This document shows, in pieces, positions 48,518 to 59,349 of a DNA stretch of 64,000 nt (position 1 is the stretch's first letter; the number at the start of each line of letters is the position of its first letter). The DNA lies in assembly GCA_963774075.1 (NCBI GenBank), contig CAVZDP010000005.1, positions 528,608 through 592,607 on the forward strand. Reading direction: 5' to 3'. This DNA is from an uncultured Solirubrobacterales bacterium. Lineage in GTDB: Bacteria > Actinomycetota > Thermoleophilia > Solirubrobacterales > JBBDJG01. The notes below the pieces were generated by a model, which saw only the letters and a program-made list of their open reading frames with translations, searched no databases and had not been told where the DNA came from. Made by a program: the position numbers and the translations under genes.

Positions 48518-50199
48518 GCCGTCGTCGGTGCTCCTTCCGTAGTAACAGAGTCCCCGCTCGCAGGCTCCAGTGGCAGCTCGACGCTGAAGGTGGTCCCGGC
48601 CCCCAGGCCATCGCTTTCCGCCCACACACGTCCGCCGTTTGCCTCGATGAACCCCTTTACGATCGCCAGCCCGAGACCCGATCCCTGATGAGTGGCCTCG
48701 AGCTCGGGAGCCCGGTAGAAGGGCTCGAAGATCTCGTCGAGCTTGTCCGGGGCGAGCCCCGGCCCTCTGTCGACGATGCAGACGAGGAGGCGCTCGACCT
48801 CCTGGTCCACTTTCACCCGCACCGGGTGGCCGCCGGAGAAGCGGCTCGCGTTCTCGAGTAGGTTCGCGAACGCGCGCTCGAGCTGCGCCGCGTCGGCGAG
48901 CACGCCCGGAAGGTCCGGATCGATCTCGATTTCGAAGCCCTTGCCGTGGCCGTCGGTCTGGTAGAGGGCTGCCTGCAGGATCTCTTCGATCGAGCACGAC
49001 ATCTTCTTGGGTGCGGCCGCGCCGCCCTGAAGGCGCGAGAGATCCAGTAGCTTGTCGACCAAGCGGCTGAGGCGGGTCGCCTCCTTGACGATCACCGACG
49101 CCAGCTCCCGCCTCGACTCCTCCCCGATACTGGGCGACGCGCTCGACTCGCCGGCGGCCACGATGGCGGTCAGCGGCGAGCGGAGGTCGTGCGACACCGA
49201 GCGCAGGAGGGCGGTCTTCATCATGTCGCTCTGGCGAAGCACCTGCTCGGCCGCCCGCCGGTCCGTGACGTCTCGCAGGAGGGCGGTGAAGTAGACGGCG
49301 TCGCCCGCGCGCCAACTCGACAACGCGAGCTCGAGCGGAAATTCTGTGCCGTCCCCGCGCAGACCGGCGAGCTCGACGCGCTGCCCGATCACATGCGACT
49401 CGCCCGTCGCCAGGAACCGCTCGAACCCGTGGTCATGGGCCGCGTGGAAGCGTTCCGGCATCAGCATCTTGAGCGGCTCGCCGATCACGTCCGGAGAGGC
49501 ATGGCCGAAGATCTGCTCCGCCGCGCGGTTGAAGTAAGTGATGCGGCCCTTGGAGTCCGCCGAGACGATGGCGTCGACTGCGGTGTCCGCGATGGCTCGC
49601 AGCTGCTCCTCGCTTTGCCGGCCAGCCTCCTCGGCCTGCTTTCGCATCACGAGCGAGCCGATCTGCGCGGAGACCGCCGACACGAGGTCGATCAGGTGCT
49701 CGTCCTCCTCGCGCGGCTCCGCGACGAAGAAGACGAGCACGGCGACCACGAGCTCGCCGCTCAGCACGGGAACCGCCATGCCGGCGCCGATGCCGTACCG
49801 CTTCGCAAGCGAAGCGCGCAGGAACCTCGGGTCCGAGGCGACGTTACGCATCCAGACTGGCGTCTTGCTCTCGAGCGCGTGTCCCGGGATGCCGAGACTC
49901 TTCGGCACGCGCGTGCCAACCATGGAGGCGTCGAAACCCTCGAGCCGCGTAGAGGCCTCGTGCCAGACCGAGCTCAAGACCAGGTCCTCGCCGTCGCTGA
50001 GCCAGGCCTCGCCGATCGCCCAGCCCGTCGCCTGACAGAACTCCCTCAAGGTGAGCTCCATCGCAGCGTCCACCGTCTCGGCCGCGCCTACTGCTAGCGC
50101 GAGCTCCCGCGCCAGCGTCAGCTCACGGTGGAGCTGCTCGGTGATCTCTAGCTCGTTGGCCGTCGCCGGCCCTGTCCCCACGGGCCACTCCCATGACAT
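48514..50199 (-). CDS. cytoplasmic GAF-PAS sensor histidine kinase
   Basis: GAF-like N-terminus, a PAS domain (RAIADTAVDAIVSADSKGRITYFNRAAEQIFG), HisKA (SVSHDLRSPLTAI) and HATPase (NLLENASRF, DRGPGL, GSGLGLAIVKGF). Confidence 0.85.
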
Positions 50200-50289
50200 G
50201 CGTCGTTGATCCTCCCCGAATAAGTGTAAGGGGATAGACGATGCCTCGCCACCGGTTTTTCCGGCAGCTGGTACGGCTCGGAGAGGGCG

Positions 50290-50523
50290 TTAGCTGAGGC
50301 CCAGCGGTACCAACTCGCGCGGAGCGCGGCTGAAGCGGCTGCTGGGTGGCAGCGCGAGGGCCGGGTCAAGCTGCTCGCCCGTCTCTCCGCCGTCCGATCC
50401 CTTGCCCACGCCGAGCGGGGAAAGAGACGGCACGGGCCTGCGACCCGCTTCCCGATCCCGCCCTCCAAACGCCTCACGAGCCGAGAGGAATGCTACGTAC
50501 GGAAGAGTGCCAAGGTCTGACAT
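50290..50523 (-). CDS. candidate small protein upstream of the kinase
   Basis: 77-aa reading frame from the ATG at 50523, with GGGGAGGA 7 nt upstream. Its initiation region nearly duplicates that of the kinase. Third-position GC is lower than in neighbouring genes. Confidence 0.3.
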   Translation of the reverse strand: MSDLGTLPYVAFLSAREAFGGRDREAGRRPVPSLSPLGVGKGSDGGETGEQLDPALALPPSSRFSRAPRELVPLGLS

Positions 50524-50801
50524 GTCGGGATCCTCCCCGAAGTGAAACGAGTCTAAACGGCTGGAACTGGTGTCGAGCGGGGCGAGCGCCGCTCGGACAT
50601 CCACGGCGCTGCCCCGACGCGCGCTTCCCTGGCGACACTGGATGGTCCGTCGATGCCATCGTAGAACCGATCCGGCGCATCGTGGGCGGGTGGTCCGCCT
50701 CGGCGGCCGCACCCTGCGACGCTCGGTCTTGCCCCGCAAAAAGCAGCTCCAATCGCTAAACTGCGGCCCGTCCAGTTTCGGGGGGCTCACGTCGATGGGG
50801 C

Positions 50802-52805
50802 GTGGGGCCGTCCCGGCGCGATCTAGCCATCGGCGCCGGGTACATATCAGCGTTTGCCTCGCATGGCGGCGCGTCGACACAAGGGGGTCCCGTGGGGAGG
50901 GAGTCGTCACCTAGAGGTTTTGCCACCGTCGCTCGCCGACTTGGCGCAGTTCTCGTCGTCTTGGCGTTCACCGCCATCGCGGCCGCACCGGCCGCGGCCG
51001 CGCCGACGCACTATGTCGAGATGTCCGACGGCGCGAGCATCGCCATCAACGTGAAGGTGCCCGACCACTGCAACGCCGGAAATCCGTGTCCGACGTTCTA
51101 CGAGATGTCAGGATACGAGAGCGGCTCGGACGAGGGGCAGACTCCGGCGGGCCATCTCGCGGACGCGACAGGCATCCCGTTTCCGCTCCAGACGGGCACG
51201 CGCGCGGCGCACGCCGCTCGCGTCGACGACCGCTACGTGACCGTACTCGCGAGCGTCCGCGGGACGGGCTGCTCGTCGGGCGAGTTCGATGTCTTCAGCT
51301 GGCGCTCTGCGCTCGACGGCAAGGAGGTCATCGATAAGTGGATAGCCAAGCAGCCGTGGTCGAACGGCGACGTCGTGATCTTCGGCCACTCGTACAGCGG
51401 CTTGACCGGGATGTTGATCGCTTCGACGCGACCCGCACACCTGCGCGCCGTCACAGCGTCCGGCCTCTTCGGCGACGTCTACCGTGACATCGTCTATCCC
51501 GGAGGAGTCGCGAATTATGGCTTCCCACTCCTGTGGACGGGCGCCATACGTCCCGTCTACGACTTGGGCGGAGGGACCGCAGGCGGGGTCTATCCCGTCG
51601 AGGAGACGAGCGCACAGTGTGCAGCGAACCAGGCCGAGCGCTCGCGCACCGTCCTTGACGACCCGCTCATACACGGGCTCGACAACACCGACAACGAGTG
51701 GTACCGCTCGCGCTCGTCCGTCAACCACATAGGCAACATCACCGTGCCCGTCCACGTGACCGGCGCCTACCAGGACGAGCAGACCGGCGGCCGCGGCCCG
51801 ACGCACGTGTTCGACCGCCTGCCCACCACGGTCTCCAGACGCATAGTGCTGGTCAACGGCGAGCACGGCACGCAGACCGAGGACCACGTCTGGAAGGACC
51901 GCATCGCGTGGATGGACTACTGGATGCTCCGCAAGCAGACCGCCGACCTGGGCATCAAGACCGGTGTGGCCAACCTTGCGAGCACGTTCGGTCCCCGGGA
52001 GCGCGTAACGAGGACGTCACGGGTGATCCTGGGCTACCAGGGCGGCGGCAAAGCCGTCGGCGAGATCCGCTCCGACGGGTACCCGCTCGGCCAGACGCGC
52101 TTCACCGACGCCTACGTGACCGGAGCCGGGAAGCTGGCGTTCCAGCCCCCGCTTGCCAGCGGCTCGTCGACATGGGTGAACGGCTCCAGGCGCCAGTCGT
52201 ACGCGTACCAGACCGGCGTCAACACGGGCGGCGAGGTCTCGAGCCCGACCGGGCCGGACGAGGTCGAGCTGTCGATGAAGTTCAATCAGGCGACCGCGAT
52301 GGCGGGACCCATCACGGCGTCGCTGTTCGTCTCCACGACCGGGATCGACACCGAGCTGTTCGTGCAGCTCCTCGACCGCTCCCCGGACGGGACTCTGCTG
52401 TACCTCAACCGAGGAATGCTGCGCGCGAGCCACCGAGCGGTCGACCCGGCTGAGTCGCAGAAGACGGCGGACGGCCGCATCTACAGGCCGTGGCGCCCGC
52501 ACGAGGGGCGCGAGGTCATCGTCCCCGGCGCAGTGAACGAGTACCTGATCGACATCTTCCCGTTCGGGCACGTGTTCCTGCCCGGGCACGAGCTGGTCGT
52601 GAAGGTGCACGCCCCGCCGGCGGAGGACAACGACTACGCCTACGTTCAGGAGACGCCGCCAGGAGTGAACACGCTCCACTTCGGCCCAGTGACCCGGTCG
52701 CGGTTCACGCTGCCGACCGTTCCAATGAGCGAGGTGGTCGGGTTCGAGGCTCCGACGGGCCAGTGCCCGTACGCGTCCATGCGCTGCCTATCGGGCGGAG
52801 GCTAG
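50802..52805 (+). CDS. secreted CocE/NonD-family (S15 X-Pro dipeptidyl-peptidase-like) hydrolase
   Basis: Signal-like RRLGAVLVVLAFTAIAAAPAAAA, nucleophile elbow FGHSYSG and a C-terminal beta-sandwich region. The true start is probably the GTG at 50892, after AAGGGGG. Confidence 0.75.
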   Translation: MGPSRRDLAIGAGYISAFASHGGASTQGGPVGRESSPRGFATVARRLGAVLVVLAFTAIAAAPAAAAPTHYVEMSDGASIAINVKVPDHCNAGNPCPTFYEMSGYESGSDEGQTPAGHLADATGIPFPLQTGTRAAHAARVDDRYVTVLASVRGTGCSSGEFDVFSWRSALDGKEVIDKWIAKQPWSNGDVVIFGHSYSGLTGMLIASTRPAHLRAVTASGLFGDVYRDIVYPGGVANYGFPLLWTGAIRPVYDLGGGTAGGVYPVEETSAQCAANQAERSRTVLDDPLIHGLDNTDNEWYRSRSSVNHIGNITVPVHVTGAYQDEQTGGRGPTHVFDRLPTTVSRRIVLVNGEHGTQTEDHVWKDRIAWMDYWMLRKQTADLGIKTGVANLASTFGPRERVTRTSRVILGYQGGGKAVGEIRSDGYPLGQTRFTDAYVTGAGKLAFQPPLASGSSTWVNGSRRQSYAYQTGVNTGGEVSSPTGPDEVELSMKFNQATAMAGPITASLFVSTTGIDTELFVQLLDRSPDGTLLYLNRGMLRASHRAVDPAESQKTADGRIYRPWRPHEGREVIVPGAVNEYLIDIFPFGHVFLPGHELVVKVHAPPAEDNDYAYVQETPPGVNTLHFGPVTRSRFTLPTVPMSEVVGFEAPTGQCPYASMRCLSGGG

Positions 52806-53092
52806 ATCTGGGCTAGCCGTCGATGCCTGGAGCCAGGTGTCCTCGACCACCCTGTCGGGGACACCGCGGGCCTATCAGTACTGCACTTCATGGGGCCGTA
52901 CATAACTTGGCTCATCCCGGCCCGCCGGCCTAAAGAGTAGGCAACGAATGTCCGATGGGTCCTTGGAGACCGCCAAGCACGTCTGCTGGCGCTGGGCAGA
53001 GCATGTTGCCGGGGCGGTAATCGCCAGTTCAGACGTGCATGTCTATGCGTTTACCGGACACTGACGAGCGCCTCACAGGTGGTGGATAGCTC

Positions 53093-55114
53093 GTGGGATC
53101 GATTCGAGTCGCCCGCATTCAAGCGTCTCCCCTCAGCGCTCTCGACACTTATCTGCTGACGGTCACGCTCGTTGGCTTAGCTCTGCTCGCGACCGTTGCC
53201 GTCGAGGGCGCCTCGAGCTTCCTGCCGACAGCTCCGCCCGAGTTCTGGGCGTTCGCCGGTCTCGTCGTCGTTGGCCAGATGCTGACGATCAAGGTTCGCG
53301 GTTACGACGAGATCACGAGCTCGACCGCCTTCGTGTACGCGCTCCTGCTGCTGTTCGGCACGACGGCGGCCGTGCTCGCGCAGATGGTCTCGAGCCTCCT
53401 GACCAGCGTGCGTGATCGCAAGCCGGTGCTGGAGGCGAGCTTCGTGCTCGCCCACCAGACGATCTCCGTCGTGGTCGCCGGCACTCTGCTGTCGTCCTTG
53501 ACCGACCTACCCCGGGCCGACGCGTCTCCCCCGATCGAGCCGTTCGAGGTCCCGGTGCTGTTCGTCGCCGGTGGAGCGTATTTCTTTACCACCAACCTCT
53601 TGGCCTACGTGGGCCCGGGGATCATCAAGGGGGAGTCGCTGCGAGCGATTCTTCACCGCGATCTGACGCTGCAGGTGCTGACCGCGGCGGTCTTCATCAG
53701 CCTGGCTCCGATCATCCTCATCGCGGCGCATCTCGACCTCTCTCTCTGCCTGCTCCTCCTGCTCCCGATGATCGCCATCTACAAGGGCGGGCGGGAGGCG
53801 GTCATAAACGAGCACCGCTCCACGCACGACCTGCTCACGGGCCTGCCGAACCGGGTGCTCTTCGCAGACCGCATCGATCAGGCGGTGAAGCTTGCGGAGC
53901 GCGACGGCAGGTCGGTCGCGGTCCTCTTCATGGACCTCGACCACTTCAAGGAGATCAACGACACGCTCGGTCATCGCCATGGCGACCTCGTCCTGCGCAC
54001 GCTCGGCCCCCGGCTCGGGGAGGTGCTGCGCGACAGCGACACGGTCGCGAGACTCGGAGGCGACGAGTTGGGCGTCCTGCTTCCCGAGGCCACTCCAGAG
54101 CAGGCGTGCCACGTCGCCAGCAAGATCCTGGAGGCTCTCAAGCAGCCGCTCCGAACGGAGGGGCTGACGTTGCAGGTGGGCGCGAGCATCGGCATTGCGT
54201 GCTACCCCACGCATGGTGATGACGTCACCAAGTTGCTTCAACGCTCGGATGCGGCCATGTCAGTGGCCAAGCAGAACCGCAACGGCTACGAGGTCTACAG
54301 CGACGACCGCGAAACCCAGAGCGCGCAGCGGGTGCTGCTCGCAAGCGACCTGCGCCACGCGGTCGACGCGGGAACGTTCGTGCTCGAGTACCAGCCCCTG
54401 ATGGACCTTCGGTCGCGAAAGGTGGTCGGCGTCGAAGCCCTCGCACGCTGGATGCACGAGGAGCGCGGCTTGGTAGCACCGGGGGAGTTCATCCCCATCG
54501 CCGAGCAGATCGGGGTCATCAAGCCTCTTACGATGCGGCTTCTCGGCCAGGCCATCGACCAGTGGCGGACCTGGGAGGCGGAGGGCGCGGACCTCGTGCT
54601 GGGAGTGAACATCTCCGCCCGCCACCTGATGAGCCGCGACTTCGCCCAGGAGATCGAGGAGTTGCTCGAGTCCTCGGGCATCGCGCCGCCTCGCCTCAAG
54701 CTCGAGATCACCGAGACCACGATCATGGCGGACCCTGGCCTTGCCGAGGAGATCGTGCGTGCGCTCAGCGCGCTCGGGGTGAAGCTGGCGATCGACGACT
54801 TCGGGACCGGCTACTCGTCCCTTGCCTATCTGAAGCGGCTTTCGGTCGACGAGCTCAAGATCGATCGCTCCTTCGTCGTGGACATGCACGAGAGCGAGAG
54901 CTCCGCCGTCATCGTCCGCAGCATCATCCAGCTCGCGAACAACCTCGGCCTCGAGGCCGTCGCGGAAGGAGTGGAGAACGCGGCAGCCCTAGAGGCGCTC
55001 GACGATCTCGGGTGCAAGATGGCCCAGGGTTACTTCGTGAGCCGGCCGCTCGGCGGAGACGATGTCGTCCCGTGGCTCGCGCAGTCCTCAGCGACGCTCG
55101 GCTCGCCTCTCTAG
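53093..55114 (+). CDS. membrane sensor with GGDEF-like and EAL domains
   Basis: About 230 aa of hydrophobic helices. The cyclase domain carries the variant motif RLGGDELGV. The EAL domain has GVEALARW and DDFGTGYSSL. Confidence 0.85.
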   Translation: MGSIRVARIQASPLSALDTYLLTVTLVGLALLATVAVEGASSFLPTAPPEFWAFAGLVVVGQMLTIKVRGYDEITSSTAFVYALLLLFGTTAAVLAQMVSSLLTSVRDRKPVLEASFVLAHQTISVVVAGTLLSSLTDLPRADASPPIEPFEVPVLFVAGGAYFFTTNLLAYVGPGIIKGESLRAILHRDLTLQVLTAAVFISLAPIILIAAHLDLSLCLLLLLPMIAIYKGGREAVINEHRSTHDLLTGLPNRVLFADRIDQAVKLAERDGRSVAVLFMDLDHFKEINDTLGHRHGDLVLRTLGPRLGEVLRDSDTVARLGGDELGVLLPEATPEQACHVASKILEALKQPLRTEGLTLQVGASIGIACYPTHGDDVTKLLQRSDAAMSVAKQNRNGYEVYSDDRETQSAQRVLLASDLRHAVDAGTFVLEYQPLMDLRSRKVVGVEALARWMHEERGLVAPGEFIPIAEQIGVIKPLTMRLLGQAIDQWRTWEAEGADLVLGVNISARHLMSRDFAQEIEELLESSGIAPPRLKLEITETTIMADPGLAEEIVRALSALGVKLAIDDFGTGYSSLAYLKRLSVDELKIDRSFVVDMHESESSAVIVRSIIQLANNLGLEAVAEGVENAAALEALDDLGCKMAQGYFVSRPLGGDDVVPWLAQSSATLGSPL

Positions 55115-55128
55115 ACGTTCTACCTGTA

Positions 55129-55908
55129 TCAGCGCAGGATCCGTGCCGCGATGCCCTCGATCGTCTCCTCGCCGTAGGCCATTGAGGGACTGTCCCGTGT
55201 GAGGACAGCCAGCGCGATCCGTTTGCCGCCGCGTTTGGGCTCAAGGAGGGCGACCTGGTGGGTGATGCCCGGGACCCAGCCGCCCTTGAAGAAGGCTTTC
55301 AGGTTCTTGCGGCGCGCAACCGGCGCGATGCCCCAGCGTTGCCCCTTTGTGATCGAGGACAGCAGCTTGCGCGCGTAGCTCCTGTGAGCGCGAGGCACAA
55401 GCTTGTCGATGCGCAGGAAGAAGCGGGCTTGGTCGGCGGCGGTGATCTGCGACACCCCCCAGGGGCTGGCGGGCGTGAACTTCCTCATTCCCGCCGCGCG
55501 CGCGACCCTACGCAGGCCGTGGGCGCCGATCTGCGCATAGATCGTGCTCGCCGCTGCATTGTCGGACGTGGTGATCATCGGCCGCAGGCGCTGTCGCTCC
55601 GTTTCGCTCAGGTGTCGTTTCCCGGCGCGGCGCAGGACTGACACGAGCATCATTGCTTTCACGACGCTTGCCGAGCGAAAGCGCGTCGTACGTCGCAGCC
55701 CGCGCACGCGTTTTCCGTGCTCGTCGAGGACGGCGAATGCGACCGCTCCTTCCCGCGAGCGGGCAAAGCGCTGGGCAGCCTTGATTCCTATGGCGGTCGC
55801 CAGCGGCTTCCCCTCGCGAGCATCGACCGCTCGGGCCAGGACGCCGACGGGAACGATCGCCCCGAGCAGCAGCACGATGACGGCGATCCTCGACATGCCG
55901 CATCCCAT
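55129..55908 (-). CDS. class A beta-lactamase-like serine hydrolase
   Basis: Signal-like N-terminus, then SVVK (S-x-x-K), SDN and a KGG triad-like motif in class A order. Confidence 0.65.
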   Translation of the reverse strand: MGCGMSRIAVIVLLLGAIVPVGVLARAVDAREGKPLATAIGIKAAQRFARSREGAVAFAVLDEHGKRVRGLRRTTRFRSASVVKAMMLVSVLRRAGKRHLSETERQRLRPMITTSDNAAASTIYAQIGAHGLRRVARAAGMRKFTPASPWGVSQITAADQARFFLRIDKLVPRAHRSYARKLLSSITKGQRWGIAPVARRKNLKAFFKGGWVPGITHQVALLEPKRGGKRIALAVLTRDSPSMAYGEETIEGIAARILR

Positions 55909-55988
55909 CTAATACCTGACGGATCGGCTGTAATGAGCAGGAACGGGCTGTCTTTTGGCGGCCGCTAGGACACGACCCGGGAGGCACC

Positions 55989-56387
55989 ATGAGCAATGTC
56001 GAAAGCATTCAAGCGTTGTACGAGGCCTTCGGGCGCGGCGACGTACCCGCCATTCTCGACCCGCTCGCCGACGATGTTCAGTGGGACCAGGACGCGCCTG
56101 GATACGGGATACCGATTTACGAACCGGGTACGGGCAAGGACCACGCGCAGCGCTTCTTCGAAAACGTTCAGAGGGATCTCGAGTTCCTGCGATTCGAGCC
56201 GAGGAACTTCCTCAGCGGAGGAAACCAGGTCGCCGTGCCGATCGACATCGAGGTCAAGGTGAAGCCGACCGGCAAAGTCGTTGAAGCGCTCGAGGTCCAC
56301 TTGTGGACGTTCGGCGACGACGGCAAGGTGAGCCGCTTCTTCCACTGCATCGATCGCCACGCCTTCGTCTTGGCCTACGGCCTTTGA
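55989..56387 (+). CDS. SnoaL/NTF2-like protein
   Basis: SIQALYEAFGRGDVPAILDPLADDVQW and the late VHLWTFGDDGKVSRF. Confidence 0.65.
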   Translation: MSNVESIQALYEAFGRGDVPAILDPLADDVQWDQDAPGYGIPIYEPGTGKDHAQRFFENVQRDLEFLRFEPRNFLSGGNQVAVPIDIEVKVKPTGKVVEALEVHLWTFGDDGKVSRFFHCIDRHAFVLAYGL

Positions 56388-58582
56388 GTTGAACCGGTGA
56401 GCGGGGCCCTCGGGTGCTCGCCGGTCTCCTCGTGCAGCGCGCCGCCGCCCGCGGCGGTCGACGGCCACCAGATCTTGTCCCCGATCAGCTCCACCGCGGC
56501 CGGGACCATGATCGTGCGCACGATGAAGGTGTCGAGCAGGATCCCGAGCGCGACCATGAAGCCGAGATCGAAGGTGTAGGTGACAGGGAGAGTCATCAGC
56601 ACCGAGAAGGTGCCGGCGAGGATGATCCCGGCGCTGGTGATCACAGGGCCCGTGGCGGAGAGCGCGCGCAGCATGCCCTCGCGGGTGCCGTGGCGCCGTG
56701 CCTCCTCGCGCACGCGCGCCATCAGGAAGATCGTGTAGTCGATCCCGAGCGCGACAAGGAAGATGAAGGCAAAGGTTGGGATCGAGGCGTCGAAGCCAGC
56801 GTCGCCGACGACGAACCGTATGAACAGGACAGAGAGCCCGAGGGTGCAGAGGAAGGAAAGCAGCACGCTGGCGATCAGCACCAGCGGGGCGACCAGCGCC
56901 CGCAGCAGGATCGCGAGGATGATCGCGATCACCAGCAGCGCAATCGGCGCGATCAGGCGCAGATCGGATTCGACCGCCTGGTCGAAGTCATATTGGATTG
57001 CGGTGCCGCCCCCCACCAGGGCGGTCACGCCCGGGCCCAGGTCATCGACGCTGTCGCGGATGTCGGGCACGACGTTGAGCGCCGGCTTGGTATAGGGGTC
57101 GTTTTCGAGCACGACGTCGATCGTGGCCATGCTGCCGTCCTTGGAGGTCCTGCCGGTAGGCGTTGCCGACGCCACGCCCGGTACACGCTCCAACGCTCGT
57201 TCAGCGGCCGCGATGTCCTCAGGCCTGACCTTGCCGTCCTCGCGCTCGACGAGAACGGTGGTCGGGGCGAGCAGGCCCGCGGGGAACGACTTCTCGAGCA
57301 ACTCGAACGCCTCGACGCTTTCCACCGACTTCTTGAAGAAGGTCGTCGTCGAGTAGTCGACCTTGTAGGCGAGCAACCCGAGCGAGCCGGCGACGAAGGC
57401 GATCACGGTCACGGCCAGGGCGAGCGCGGGCCGGGCGAGGACGCGATCGCCGATCCGCCTCCACACACCCTGGCGAACCTCCAAGGCATGCTCGGGGTCG
57501 AACTCCACCGTGGAGCGCCGCGGCCAGAAACCGGTGCGTCCGAAGATCGTCAGCAGCGCCGGCAACAGGGTGAGCCCGGCCACCATCCCGCAGGCGACGC
57601 CGATCGCCGCCACCGGCCCAAGCGTGGAGGTGAGGCGGGCATCGGCGAGCGCCAGCGTGAGCATCGCGAGCGTGACGGTGAGACCGCTGGCGAGGATCGT
57701 CGGGCCGGTGCGCGCGAGCGCGCGCGCCATCGCGTCGTGCTTGTCCTCGAGCCGGCGCAGCTCCTCGCGATAGCGGGACACGAGCAGCAGGCAATAGTCA
57801 GTCCCCACGCCGAACATGAGGACGACGAGGATCGTCGTCCCATTGGAGGAGACCGTCGCGCCCGATTCTGCGTACAGGTAGACGAATGCCGTTGCCACCG
57901 TGTACGCAAAGAAGACGACGAGCAGCGGCGTCAGCGCGACCAGGACGGCCCGGTAGATCGCGCCCAGCAGCACCAGCACCAGGAGCACCGTGGCCAGGAG
58001 CAGCTTCGTGTCTAGCTCGCCGAAGACCTCCTCCGCGTCGGCGCTGAAGCCAAGGTCGCCCGTGAGGAGGATTCGCATCCCGTCGCTCTCGTCCCCGGTG
58101 ACCTCGCGCACCTTCTTGCCCCAGTCCGCCGCCTTGTCGAAGTCGGTGGGGACGATCAGAACCGTGTAGGCGACGTCTCCCTCGGGGGAGACGAGCGTCT
58201 TCGGAGCTCCGCGCGCGAACGGAACGGTGGGCGGCTGGGCGAGGGGAAGATCCTCGCCGGGCAGGGCATCGAGCGTCTGAGCGTGCTGGGCGATCGTGCG
58301 CTTGTCGGCCTGGGTCAGGCCCCCCTCGCGCTGGTAGACGATCAGCCCCTGTGTGGTCTCGCCCGCGTCGAACTGCTCGTCGAGCAGCTTGACCACGTCC
58401 GTCGACTCGGCGCTCTCGGGTAGGAAGGAGGTGGTGTCGTCCTCGGTCTTGTCGGAGAGCTTCGAGCCGAGCGGCATCAGCGCGGCGAAGGCGACGATCC
58501 ATATAGCGAGCACCACCCACTTGGTGCGGCGGCCGGCGATGAAGGATGCGAGAGGGCTCATGCGGCGAACACCGTGCGACAA
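56375..58582 (-). CDS. MMPL-family (RND superfamily) membrane transporter
   Basis: 735 aa with two six-helix hydrophobic blocks and MMPL-typical FGVGTDYCLLLVSRYREE and ALGIDYTIFLMARVREE segments. Confidence 0.9.
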   Translation of the reverse strand: MSHGVRRMSPLASFIAGRRTKWVVLAIWIVAFAALMPLGSKLSDKTEDDTTSFLPESAESTDVVKLLDEQFDAGETTQGLIVYQREGGLTQADKRTIAQHAQTLDALPGEDLPLAQPPTVPFARGAPKTLVSPEGDVAYTVLIVPTDFDKAADWGKKVREVTGDESDGMRILLTGDLGFSADAEEVFGELDTKLLLATVLLVLVLLGAIYRAVLVALTPLLVVFFAYTVATAFVYLYAESGATVSSNGTTILVVLMFGVGTDYCLLLVSRYREELRRLEDKHDAMARALARTGPTILASGLTVTLAMLTLALADARLTSTLGPVAAIGVACGMVAGLTLLPALLTIFGRTGFWPRRSTVEFDPEHALEVRQGVWRRIGDRVLARPALALAVTVIAFVAGSLGLLAYKVDYSTTTFFKKSVESVEAFELLEKSFPAGLLAPTTVLVEREDGKVRPEDIAAAERALERVPGVASATPTGRTSKDGSMATIDVVLENDPYTKPALNVVPDIRDSVDDLGPGVTALVGGGTAIQYDFDQAVESDLRLIAPIALLVIAIILAILLRALVAPLVLIASVLLSFLCTLGLSVLFIRFVVGDAGFDASIPTFAFIFLVALGIDYTIFLMARVREEARRHGTREGMLRALSATGPVITSAGIILAGTFSVLMTLPVTYTFDLGFMVALGILLDTFIVRTIMVPAAVELIGDKIWWPSTAAGGGALHEETGEHPRAPLTGSTQRP

Positions 58583-58676
58583 GCTAACGGACCGCGGGCG
58601 AGGGCGACCGTCTCGGCCCCACGGTTCTCAAATAGTTAACAACCGCCCAGCGCAGAGGATTTCTGCCCGATGGAAG

Positions 58677-59084
58677 TCAGTCGGGTAGCTGTTCCGACAG
58701 GCCCACGGCTTCGAGGGCCTCCACTCGATCCCAGAAGAACTCCAGGTAGAAGATCCTTCCCTTGCGCACCGTGTGGATCGTCGTCAAGTCCATGTTCGCT
58801 TCAGGACCACGGCCTGCGCCACGCCAGATGAATCTCACGACAACGTGGTCGGCGGCGTCGATGAAATCGCTAATCGGTTCCAGCGCGTCGGCGTCGAAGG
58901 TCTCGCGCTGTTGCTCCCACTGACGCAGGACGGCCTCGCGACCCACGATGGGCCCCGGCTCCGGCCAACCCTCGGGCATCCGGAGGATGACGTCGGGGTC
59001 GTACACCTCACGAAGCGCATTCATGTCCCCCGCGTTCCATGCCGCGAACGCGGCCTTCACAATCTCCACGTTCTCCTGCGACAT
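58677..59084 (-). CDS. SnoaL/NTF2-like protein
   Basis: NVEIVKAAFAAWNAGDMNALREVYDPDV and VVVRFIWRGAGRG...VRKGRIFYLEFF. Confidence 0.65.
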   Translation of the reverse strand: MSQENVEIVKAAFAAWNAGDMNALREVYDPDVILRMPEGWPEPGPIVGREAVLRQWEQQRETFDADALEPISDFIDAADHVVVRFIWRGAGRGPEANMDLTTIHTVRKGRIFYLEFFWDRVEALEAVGLSEQLPD

Positions 59085-59142
59085 CCGCGCAGTATCCCGG
59101 CTGCGATCAGTCGTGGCTACACGGCTAAAGGGAGGTCCCTCA

Positions 59143-59214
59143 TGGGCGCGGCGGGTTTCGAACCTGCGACCTCTCGCGTGTGAAGCGAGCGCTCTCCCAC
59201 TGAGCTACGCGCCC
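59143..59214 (-). tRNA. tRNA-Val (anticodon CAC)
   Basis: Reverse complement GGGCGCGTAGCTCAGTGGGAGAGCGCTCGCTTCACACGCGAGAGGTCGCAGGTTCGAAACCCGCCGCGCCCA. The anticodon loop is TTCACAC. There is one mismatch in the T stem. Confidence 0.85.
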
Positions 59215-59349
59215 TGGGCGGGCATTGTAGAGCGGGATTCTGCGCTGACCACCTCTGCGGCGGAAGCCTCAGAATCCGCGTTGGTGCCCAAAGCCGCAAC
59301 CCCGCGGCACAAGAGGCATAGATGAACGGACCGGGCGTCGGGGGAACGT

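Noticed and set aside
52948-53064. 38-aa plus-strand ORF (MSDGSLETAKHVCWRWAEHVAGAVIASSDVHVYAFTGH) in the 290-bp spacer before the GGDEF-EAL gene
   Set aside because: It has a weak SD, mediocre codon bias and no partner gene or motif, so the evidence is insufficient.
56414-58015. 533-aa plus-strand ORF
   Set aside because: It is antisense to the MMPL transporter and has a highly charged Arg/Glu/Asp/Gly composition.
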